NCBI GenBank assembly: GCA_964247055.1
Contig: OZ176058.1
Span: forward strand, 1,798,001 to 1,862,000
Direction of reading: 5' to 3'
From: Paragordius varius
Taxonomy: Eukaryota > Animalia > Nematomorpha
Length of the DNA: 64,000 nucleotides
In this document: positions 24,792 to 37,300 of the stretch, one piece after another
Layout: each line of letters starts with the position of its first letter
Numbering within the stretch: the first letter of the stretch is position 1
The notes under the pieces: model-generated
What the model saw: the letters and a program-made list of their open reading frames with translations, nothing else
Databases searched by the model: none
Told to the model about the DNA's origin: nothing
Translations under genes and position numbers: made by a program

Positions 24792-27700
24792 AATATCTTA
24801 ATATTTATTTTTCTTAAATATTTTTCAATTTAATATTTTTTTTTATAATTTACTATCATTAAAATAAATTTTAAACTACTATAATTTTGAAATATATAAA
24901 AATATATTTATGTATTATAATGTGTTTTAGGCCTTAAAGAACAACAAAATGGTAAAAATAGCAACTCACAATGTTTAAGGGATAGGAGACATCAAAAAAA
25001 GCAACATAACCTAATGAAAGATGGTAGAATATATTTTTTTTCAAAAAATTACCAATTATTTATTTAAATTATGTTAATATAACAATAAATTTTGATTTTT
25101 TTAGTTAGGATTATTGAAAAATAATATATATGATTTTTATTTAAATTTTTGTTGTACTAAATTCGAAAAACACTATTTGGCGTTGAAACTGTAAAATAAC
25201 TAAATATTCTTATTTTTTCAAAATAAAAATTTTATAAACCATTTGCACTTCAAGAATGTCCTTGAATATTACAAGTTGGTTCTTAAACATTTTAGGTCCT
25301 TAAAATTTTTTTCAATTTTTTAACCACAATTTTTGCATGTATTTTTTTTAAATCTAGTTTTCATTATATAATTATTTTATTTAAAAATAAAATTTTATAT
25401 TTAAAAACCACTTTTTTATTTCAGACTAATTTATATCCAATTTAACTAAGAAGTTATTAACTTATGAATGTTTTTTACGAAATATGGATTAATAACCCTG
25501 AAAACATATATATTTTTTAACTACATGTTAAAATTATATTAATATAAAAAAAATTTATATGATATTAATCAAAAATGTTTCTGAATGTTTAAAAGTATAT
25601 ATTGATAAGTCCATAATAAATAAAGAGAATATATAGGTTAAAAATGATAATATAGATGAATACGGTTTGATTGATAAAAGTTATAAAATTAAAGAGTGGG
25701 ACCAACTTGAAGTGTGACCAACTTGAAATGTTCAATTACTAACTTAAAGTGTTTAAATATCAACTTGAAATGTTCAAGGACCATTGAAATGTTTAAGGAT
25801 GAAGTGTTAGACTAACTTGAAATGTTCAAGGAGCAACTTGAAATTGAAAACCAAAAGAATAAGTTTGAAATGTTCTGAAAGGTTCAAGAACTGAATTTAA
25901 ATGTTCAAGAACTGAATTCAAATGTTCCAGGACCAACTTGAAGTGTGACCAACTTGAAATGTTCAATTACTAACTTAAAGTGTTTATATACCAACTTGAA
26001 ATGTTCAAGGACCAACTTGAAATGTTTAAGGATGAAGTGTTAAAGGACCAACTTGAAGTGTGACCAACTTGAAATGTTCAATTACTAATTTAAAGTGTTT
26101 AAATACCAACTTGAAATGTTCAAGGCAACTTGAAAGGTTCAAGGACCGACTTAAAGTGCTCAAGGACCAACTTGAAAGGTTCAAGGACCAACTTGAAATG
26201 TTCTAAGATCTTAAAGTTTAAGGACACTCTTGAAATGTTTAAGGATGAAGTGTTAAAGGAAACTTGAAATGTTCAGGGCAACTTGAAAGGTTCAAGAACT
26301 GAATTCAAATGTTCAAGGACCGACTTAAAGTGCTCAAGGACCAACTTGAAGTGTTCAAGGACCAACTTGAAATGTTTAAGGATGAAGTGTTAAAGGACTA
26401 ACTTGAAATGTTCAATTACTAACTTAAAGTGTTTAAATACCAACTTGAAATGTTCAATTACTAACTTAAAGTGTTTAAGGATGACGTGTTAAAGGACTAA
26501 CTTGAAATCGAAAACCAAAAGAATAAGTTTGAAATGTTTAAGGAACTTGAAGTGTTAAAGGACTAACTTGAAGTGTTCAAGGAGCAACTTAAAGTGTTCA
26601 TGGACCAACTTGAAATCGAAAACAAAAAGATAAAGTTTGAAATATTCAAGGCAACTTGAAAGGTTCAAGAAGTGAATTCAAATGTTCAAGGCAACTTGAA
26701 AGGTTCAAGAACTGAATTCAAATGTTCAAGGACCAACTTAAAGTGCTCAAGGACCAACTTGAAATGTTTAAGGATGAAGTGTTAAAGGACACTCTTGAAG
26801 TGTTCAAGGACTAACTTGAAGTGTTCAAGGAGCAACTTAAAGTGTTCAAGGACCAACTTGAAATGTTTAAGGATGAAGTGTTAAAGGACTAACTTGAAGT
26901 GTTCAAGGACCAACTGAAATCGAAAACCAAAAGAATAAGTTTGAAATGTTCAAGGCAACTTGAAAGGTTCAAGAACTGAATTCAAATGTTCAAGGACCGT
27001 TGAAATGTTCAAGGACCGACTTAAAGTGCTCAAGGATTAACTTGAATTGTTCAAGGACCAACTTGAATTGTTCGAGGACCAAAAGAATAAGTTTGAAATG
27101 TTCAAGGCAACTTGAAAGGTTCAAGAACTGAATTCAAATGTTCAAGGACCATTGAAATGTTCAAGGACCAACTTGAAGTGTGACCAACTTGAAGTGTTCA
27201 ATTACTAACTTAAAGTGTTTAAATACCAACTTGAAATGTTCAATTACTAACTTAAAGTGTTTAAATACCAACTTGAAATGTTTAAGGATGAAGTGTTCAA
27301 GGACCAACTTGAAATGTTCTAAGATCTTAAAATTTAAGGACACTCTTGAAGTGCAAACGATATCATAAAATGTTTATTTTCTAATTTTCTAATTATTTAA
27401 ATATATACCGTAGTTTAAATATATAATCTTTTGTATTAACTTAAATTTATTTTATATCCATATATTTTTCGAATGAATATTCGTTAGTTAAATTAAATAA
27501 TTTATCTAATTTTCGTAGCAAGAATGACTATTTGATATAAAGAACCTAAAGATTTTTAATTTAAAAGAATCTCGAAAGGTATCCTTTAAATCATTTATTG
27601 ATTGCCAATGGATGAAAGAACTTAAATTTTATATATATAGATTACTTTCCAAATTAAATATATATATATATATATATATATAATTTTTATTTAATTCTCA

Positions 27701-30700
27701 ATCATATAAAAATTTTTAACTATTGAATTATTATAAATTAAAAAAATAAATTAATAATCGGTATAAATGTAATATTTAAGATTGCATATCCGTTAATTCA
27801 AATACGTGTTTTTATAATAAATATCATTATAAATAATTATTTTATGAAATTTTTGCGTTGCGGAATAGTATTTAAAATAACATTTAAAAAATTTAAAAAA
27901 ATGCATATAAAATTTTTAATACTTTTTTTATTAAATATTAAATGAAATATAAAATAAATTATTATAGATTGATAAACATTTTTCAAATTTTTAATATTTA
28001 GATGATATTTAATTCAATTACATTTTCGTCTTATAATATTAATAAATTACAATTTAAATATTAATAATTATTTTAAATTTTTGGAAAAACTATAAAAAAT
28101 TTAAACTTCTTTTTATTAAAATATGAATTAAAAACTTTTTTTTATAATTTAATTATTTAGATTGAATGTCAGTTAATTGTAATATTTTCTCTTGTTATAA
28201 TAAATTGCAATTATTTCAAATTATAAAAAACTTAAAATATAAATAAATATTATTTTTTAACATTAAAAATTATTTGAAATTTTTGGATATAAAAACTCTT
28301 TAAAACTAATTTATATTTTTAAGCAATTTTTTTAAAAATTAAATTAATAATCTTTTCTATAATTTAAATAATATTTTAGATTGTATGTCAGTTAATTCAA
28401 ATACCTCTTCAAATTTAATCATTAACAAATATTTGGAAAAACTAAAAAAGTTCTTTAAAACTATTTTATTTTTTAACAATTTTTTTATAAAATTTAAATT
28501 AATTATATTTACATAATAATTTAGATTGTATGTCAGTTAATTCAAATACATCCTCTTGTTTTACGATTAATAGATTGCAATTTAATCAATATTTTTTTAT
28601 GGAAAAACTTTAAAATCTCCTTAATATTTATAAAATTAAATTAAAACCTTTTTTATAATTTTATATTATTTTAATTTTTTGAAAAAAAATTAAAAATATA
28701 TAAATAAATTTTTTTAAATTTTACATAATAATATATTAGATTGTATATCAGTTAATTCAAATACCTCTTCGTGTTATACGATTAATAAATTGCAATTTAA
28801 TCAATATTTTTTTATGGAAAAACTTTAAAATCTTCTTAATATTTATAAAATTAACGTAAAACCTTTTTTATAATTATATATTATTTTAATTTTTTGAAAA
28901 ACTAAAAAATTAAAAATATAATTTAAATTAAAAAGCTTTTTTTTAAAATTTACATAATATTATTAGATTGTATATCAGTTAATTCAAATACATCATCATG
29001 TTAAAATATTATTTCTTTTGTAAAAACTATAAACCTTTTTTATAATTATATATTATTTTAATTTTTTGAAAAACTAATTATAAAAAAAAATATAATTTAA
29101 ATTAATAAATTTTTTTAAATTTTACATAATATTTTAGATTGTATGTCAATTAATTCAAATACATCTTCGTGTTACAATAATATTTCTTTTGTAAAAATTA
29201 TAAACCTTTTTTATAATTATATATTATTTTAATTTTTGGAAAAACTAATTATAAAAAAAAATATAATTTAAATAAATAAAAATTTTTTTAAATTTTAAAT
29301 AATATTTTAGAGTGTATGTCAGTTAATTCAAATACATCTTCGTGTTACAATAACGCACATGAAGCACACCTCATAGATACTTACAATGAAACTATCAACA
29401 ATAATAATAATAAAAATAATAATGTGCACATGTATGAAGACGACGACGACCAATCAGATGATTCCTCGCTGCTCTCGTCACGTGACAATGACAGTTATAG
29501 CGGAAAAGCAGCTGACGACATGAATGAATGCGTAAATAGCGGTGGTGGCGGATATAATTCTACAAACAGCTGTTCAAGCACACCTTATGGTGAAGATTAT
29601 ATGGAAAGTACTTCTGATATAGAAAATATGGAAAATAAAATGGTTTTTTTTTTTCGTAAAAAAATTTTATTGAAAAAATATTAATTAAAATTAATTTTAA
29701 TTATATAATTTTTTATATATACTTTTTAATTAATGGTAAATATTAAGAAAAGGTTTTCTACAGTGATTTCGACTCATATGGTAAAAATTATATGGGAAAT
29801 TTTGGTTTATAATAGGCTATTTAAGCAAAATTGGTGATTATGAAACTTAGGAATTAAATTTTATGGAAAAAAAAAGAAAAAGGATATAATTTTATAATAA
29901 AAACAAAAAATATTATCCTTGTTTTATTAAAATGGGAAATTTTTTTGGAAATTAAAAAAATGGTAAATATTAAGTAAAGATTTAAATTCTACAGTCATTT
30001 TGCCTACACCCTATTGTAAAAAATTATGTGGGAAATTTTGATTTATTATAGTATATTTGAGCAAATATGGTGATTATAATTTAACTTAAGAATTAAATTT
30101 TTTGATAAAAATCAATAAATAATTATATTTTTTAAAAAAAAATGGTAGGTTTATCATTCTTCATTTAAAATGGTAAATTTATCTTAGAAATTAAAAAAAT
30201 GGTAAATATTGAATAAAAGTAATTCTACAATCAATTCGACTACATATGTTAAAAATTTATAGGAAGTTCTTCTAATCATTTATATAAATTGGAAAAACAC
30301 GGATAATTTATATTTTTAGGGTGAACTTGAATCGTTCAGGGGTGAATTTTAATTGTTCAAGGGTGATTTGGAATTGTTCAAGGGTGAATTTGAATTTTTT
30401 GAGAAGGGTGAATTTGAATTGTTTAAAGGTTTAAATTGTTTAAGGATGAATTTGAATTATTCAAGAGTAAATTTGATATATTTAAGGGTGAATTTGAATT
30501 GTTCAAGAGTAAATTTGAATTGTTTATGGGCGGAACTGTAAATGGTTTATTTTAATTGTTCAAGGGTGAATTTAAATTGTTTGAGAAGGGTGAATTTGAA
30601 TTTTTCGAGAAGGGTAAATTTGAACTGAAAATGGTATATTTAATTTAATTTTACTTTTTATATTTTAGAATATGCCAAATGCCTCAAATGGCAATCATAG

Positions 30701-33700
30701 CTATAGAAATGGCAAAAAATTACCTCTTTCCATAGAAGCTATCCTAGAATATGGACGTGCCTTACGAATCCAAGCTGAAGCCTTAAAAGGCGAAGTTCAA
30801 ACTCTCAAAAATTTGGCAAATAACACTTTAGAAAATATTGATGATGATAATATTAAAACTCAAAATGAAAAGTCTAAAGAAAAAAGTAATGTTTTATGGT
30901 TATTATATAGATTTTTATTAGTATTTTAATGGAAATTAATAATTATCAGTATCTGCTTTTATAGAATTCAAATTTTTAAAAAAATACTTTGTTAGTTCAA
31001 ATTGTTTTGATAATGTTAACTTTTGTATAACTTGACATCTTTTGAAAGCTTAAAAGGCGAAGTTCAAACTCTCAAAAATTTGGCAAATAACACTTTTGAA
31101 AATATTGATGATAGTAATAATAAAACTTTAAATGAAAAGTCTAAAGAAAAAAGTATTTTTTTATGGTTATTAGATATTTATTTAATGGAAATTTTATGAC
31201 TTTGAGAGTTTTTTAGATAATTTTTTTTGATAATAATAATCTTTTTTAATAATTGATGTCTTTTAAAAACTTAAAAAGCAAAACTGAAACTTTAAAAAAT
31301 TTGTAATGACAGAACTTCAAATGAATGTTAAAAGAAAAAAGTAATTGTTAGATTTTATATACTAATTGTTCTTTATTTGTTTTTAATGGATATTAATTTC
31401 ATGACTTTAAGCATTACAGATAATTCGTATAATAAAATAAAATTTGTTTAAATAATACTTGATATCTTTTGAAATTTTAAAGAGCGAAACTCTCAAAAAT
31501 TTGATAGCTTTAAAAATAATGTTTTAATTAATATAATAAAACTTTAAATGAAAAGCCTAAAGAAAAAGGTAATTGTTTTATGTTAAATATTAAATAATTT
31601 GTTAGGAAGTTTATGGTTTAAAAAGATTTTTTTAAAAATTTTTAAAATCATAGTTTAAAAGGTTTTTTTTCAAAAAAGTAATATTTGAAGAGCAAAGCTC
31701 AAACCCTGAGAAATTTGATGGCTTTAGAAAATAATGATGATAATAATATTAAGACTTCAAATGAAAAGGCTAAAGAAAAAATATTTTTTAATTATTTTAA
31801 ATATTTATTCAATTAATTAATTTGTTGGGAAATCCATAGTTTAAAAAGTTTTTTTTTCCAAATACCGTTTGAAAACTTAAAGAGCGAAACTTAAACTTAC
31901 ATAAATTAGGCATATAACACTTTAGAAAATAATGATGATAAAACTTCAAATGAAAAGCCTAAAGAAAAAAGTATTGGTTAGATTTTTGTTTTTATTAAAT
32001 AATATGTTAGGAAGTTTATGGTTTAATTATTTTTTTTTCAGATATCTTTTGAAAACTTTAAGAGCGAAACTTAAATTTGATGGCTTTAGAAAATAATGAT
32101 GATGATAATAATATTAAGACTTCAAATGAAAAGTCAAAAGAAAAAAGTATTAGTGTTAGATTTTTGTTTTTATTAAATAATATGTTAGGAAGTTTATGGT
32201 TTAAATATTTTTTTTTTCAGATATCTTTTGAAAACTTAAAGAGCGAAACTTAAATTTGATGGCTTTAGAAAATAATGATGATAATAATAATAATAAGACT
32301 TCAAATGAAAAGTCAAAAGAAAAAAGTATTGGTTGGATATTTTATAAATTTCTAATTGTTCTTTATTTGTTTTATTGGAAATTAAAAAATTATTTGTTTT
32401 ATGTTAAATATTAAATCTTCATTTAATGAAATAACTTTTGGGGAAAATTATGGTTTAAAAAGCATTTTAAAATTTTTTTTGGGAATTTCATAATTTAAAA
32501 AGTTTTTTTTTTAAAAAAAAATTGAATATTTGAAGAGCAAAACTTTAACTTACAAAAATAAGGCAAATAACACTTTAGAAAAAATGATAATATTAAAAAA
32601 TTAATGAAAAGCTTAAAGAAAAAGTATTTTTTAATTATTTTAAATATTTATTCAAATATCCATAGTTTAAAAAGTTTTTTTCAAATATCTTTTGATGACT
32701 TAAAGGGCGAAGTAAACTCTCCAAAAATTTGGCAAAAAACACTTTAGAAAATAAGAATAAAAATTCCGATGAAAAGGCTAAAGAAAAAAATATTAACTTA
32801 AATTAAAAATATTCATTTAATTAATTAATTTGTCAGGAATTTATGTTTTTTTCTCAAATATCTTTTGAGGACTAAAAGAGCGCTCAAACTCTTAATATGG
32901 CAAAGAACACATATTAGAAAATCAGAATAATAAAAATTCCGATAAAAATTTGAAAAAAAAAAGCATTGTGAGGTGTTTGAATTTTATTTATTGTGGATGG
33001 TTTAGAAAAATTTTTATTATTTGGTTTAAATGGAAAATATAATGAATTTGATTGTTTTTTTATTATATTTTTAAATTATAAGTGTCCACCACTAACTCGA
33101 TATGTTTTTTCAAAAATTTGATGGTTTTAGAAAATATCGATAATATAACTTCAAATGTTCACAAGCCCAAAGAAAAAAATAGAGTTTTTATTAATAGTTT
33201 GAAATTAATTTAAAAAAATTTTTTTTAATGAGCCTTTAAAATTTTTGTTTTGGTTTAAATGCAAGTTTTTTCACACCTTGATATGCTTTAAACGATAAAA
33301 ATTTGAGTGAATTTGCTAAATTTCCAATTTTACAAAATTAATTAAAAATATCATTTATTAAAAATGGTTATTTTTTTAGTATTTAAGTAGAAGTTATTAT
33401 TAACAATTAAACGATAAAAATTGTAAAAAAATAATTATTTTATATAAAATAATTTAGAAAGAGAAAATACAATATATATATATATATAATTTTTTAAAAC
33501 CTAATTAATTAATTTTAATATTTAAATAGGCTCAACAAATAACAGCAATATCAAAACGCCGGCTTTAAACGATAAATATTTGGGTGAATTTGCAAACAAA
33601 GGATAAAAATTAATAACTGTTTTTAAATAGAAATGTTTACTTTATATATATATATATATATATATATTAAAATAGAAATTATAAAACAATAAAAAATGTT

Positions 33701-33955
33701 GAAATCCTTAAAAAATCTAATTATTTTTTGTATAAAATAATTCAAAAAAAACTCAAAATACCTAATATTGAGGAATAAAATATAAAAATTATTTTTATAA
33801 AATAAATCTAAATTTAATTTTGATATTAAATAGGCTCAATCAATAACACGAATAACAAAACGCCGGTTATAAACGATAAAAATTTGGATGAATTTGCAAA
33901 AAAAATTTATTTTTTCCCAAAAAATTAATAACTGAAAACGGAAATGGTTATTTTT

Positions 33956-34001
<46 letters not shown>

Positions 34002-34292
34002 TAGAAAATTATAAAACGATAAAAAATCTACTGTAATTCCTTAAAAAATTTAATTATTATTTTTTGTATAAAATAATTTAGAAAGAAAAGAAAATACCTA
34101 ATACCTGAGGAATAAAATATAAAAATTATTTTTATAAAATAAATCTAAATTTAATTTTGATATTAAATAGGCTCAATCAATAACACGAATAACAAAACGC
34201 CGGTTATAAACGATAAAAATTTGGATGAATTTGCAAAAAAAATTTATTTTTTCCCAAAAAATTAATAACTGAAAATGGAAATGGTTATTTTT

Positions 34293-34338
<46 letters not shown>

Positions 34339-37300
34339 TAGAAAATTATAAAACGATTAAAAATCTACTGTAATTCCTTAAAAAATTTAATCATTTTTTG
34401 TATAAAATAATTTAGAAAGAAAAAAAAATTTATCTATATTATAAATTTTTTTATACTTTAATAGCCTCAATCATTAACTCCAATTTTTTTTTATAAAACT
34501 AGCATGTATTCAAAAAACTAAAAATAATTAATTTGAGGAATTCAACATTTTTTATCGTAAAATAAATGAATCCATTTTCGGTTTTTAAGGAGAAAGCCAA
34601 TTTAAATAAAAAATTATTATTATTATACTTTTTATAATATATATCCTAATTATTAAAATTTGATTATAAATAGAGGCTCAACCAATAGCAAAACGCCTGC
34701 TTTAAACGATAAAAATATGGGTGAATTTGTAAAAATTGTATTTATTTTAACTATAAAAACTGAAAGTGAAAATGTTTATTTTCTATAAACTATTTACAGT
34801 TCAAATTCACCCTTGAACAATTCGAATTCACCCTTGAACAATTCAAATTCACCTTTGAACAATTCAAATTTACCCTTGAACAATTCAAATTCACCCTAAA
34901 AATAAATTATGTGTTTTCGAACTAATATAACTGATTGGTAATATAGGTATAGTTTATTATTTTTCAGTATAATTTTAATTTAGAACAAAATATTTTATTT
35001 TTAAAAAATATATAAAATATAGGTAATTTTTAATCTTAAAAACATATATTTTATTTGAGGGTGAATTTGAATTGTTCAAGGGTGAATTTGAATTGTAAAT
35101 GGTATATATAATATATATATATATTAAAATAGAAATTATAAAACGATAAAACATATTAATTAGCTTTAATAAAATTTCGAGGAATAAAAAATAAAAAAAT
35201 TTTCATAAATAAATTTTAATAAATCTTAATTATTTTATTTTAATATTTAAATAGGCTCAACCAATAACAGTAATATCAAAACGCCAGCTATAAACGATAA
35301 AAATTTGGGTGAATTTGCAAAAAATAAGTTGTTTATAAAAAAAACATTTATTTATAAAAAAATGAAGATATATATATTCAAATGGAAATTAAACAAACAA
35401 TAAAAAATGTTGATATCCTCAAAAAATTTAATCTTTTATAAAATAATTCTAAAAACTCAAAATACCTAATATTCAGATAAAATCAAAAATAAAATTATAA
35501 TAAATCTTAATTATTTTATTTTTATTAAATAGGCTCAACGAATAGTAAAACCCCGACTATAAATGATAAAAATTTGGGTGAATTTGCAAACAAAGGACAA
35601 AAATTAAAACAATCTACCCTTATAATTCCTTACACAGCTGATGAGATTGATAGGCAATTACAAGTATTTTAGATTTAAAATATTTAGAAAAAAATTTTTA
35701 ATCTAAAATAAATTTTTTGAGTTTTTTAGAGTTTTTTAGAGTTTTTATGATAAATTTGTATAATTATATCAAATTATTAATTATTATAATTATTTTAATG
35801 ATATATTTAACCTTTTTTTGAGTTTTATTTCTCTATAAAGTTTATATTTTAAGATATTAAATTATAATTATAATATTTTATTTTAAAAATGATATATTTA
35901 ACCATTTTTAGAATTTTTTTCCATAAAATATTTATTTTTACATATTTAAATAAAAAATAATATTTTTTGTAAAGGATATTCAGTAAAAATTTATACGGAC
36001 AAAACGTAAAAATATAAAGACAAATATTTTTTATAAAAGACAACCATACTTTTTTAAACCTTAATTTCATATAAAAATTATTTATTTACAATCGTAAAAT
36101 ATAATATTGATTGTGTTACCAATTTACATCTCTATTCGCCCTAAAACAATTCTAATATTAACCCAAAAAATAAATTATGTGTTTTTATTAAAATTAAATA
36201 TTACCACCTATATTTTTTATATTTTTAAAAAAATAAAATATTGTTTAAAATTAATATAATACTGAAAATATATGTTATTAGAATATATTTCTTAATAAAA
36301 ATGAGTTATATTAAAGCCCGAAAACACATAATTTATTTTTCAAGGGTCAATTGTAAATGTATATATAATTGATTGTGTTACCAATATACTTCTCTATTTT
36401 ATATTTTGCAGTTTAAAACAATGTGAATTATATTTAAAAATTCAAGATTTAAAAAGTATGGAATTATATGTTAGAAAAAAAATTTGTCTTTATTTTACGT
36501 TTTTACCACCCGTATAATTTCAATTTTACTGTAAATTTCAAAATCTATAAAAAAAATGTTTTTTAGGTTATTTCTTTGGAAAATATTTAATTTTTACTGT
36601 ATATTAATTTTATATATTTGAGTTTGTTTTAGTGTTCTGTCAATAAAATAATAAAGCATAATGTTTGAAATTAAAAATAAAATACTTATTAAAGTTTTTT
36701 TGAATAAAATTTTATAAAAATTGTGTTTAATATTCATCGTTATAAATGCAACTATATTATATTAAACTAAATTGAATCGTTAAAATAAATAAAATTTTCA
36801 AATTATTTATCCTTTCAATTACTTAACTACTAAATTTCTATGTCTATTTTTTTAATTATTAAAAATATTTTTTATTAATAATAAAAAAATACATTTTTTT
36901 AAGAATATATTTTTTTATTCATTTTATTAAAGTTTATAAATAATTACTTATATTTTCCTATTTTTATAAACAACAAATTAACATATACATTTTTTTTTAA
37001 AAAAAAAAATTTAATTTTTTCATTCACATTTTATAAATTAAAAATAAAATTACTTTTATATTTATATATATAATTCATAATAGGATGCCTTTAGTGTATT
37101 AGCATATTCAAATCCGTGGGAATCTATCATTAAGGGTATATTAGATCCCCTTAATCGAGAACCATTAGCCTTACAACTAAATAGCATTATATTGGGTAAA
37201 ATCTTTTATTTTTAGTTTTTTTAGCCTAGATCAATTTTTTTAAACATATCTTATAAATTTTGTTTAATAAATTTCTTTTTTTTTGCCTTGATCTATAATA

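Noticed and set aside
25656-25679. Possible 24-nt phase-1 cassette microexon (DEYGLIDK)
   Set aside because: Acceptor lacks a pyrimidine tract and the donor is weak; no homology support.
25695-27350. Coiled-coil-like heptad reading (DQLEMFK)n and ORFs 27161/27180
   Set aside because: Frequent 1-2 nt unit indels and stops break every frame; it behaves as a satellite.
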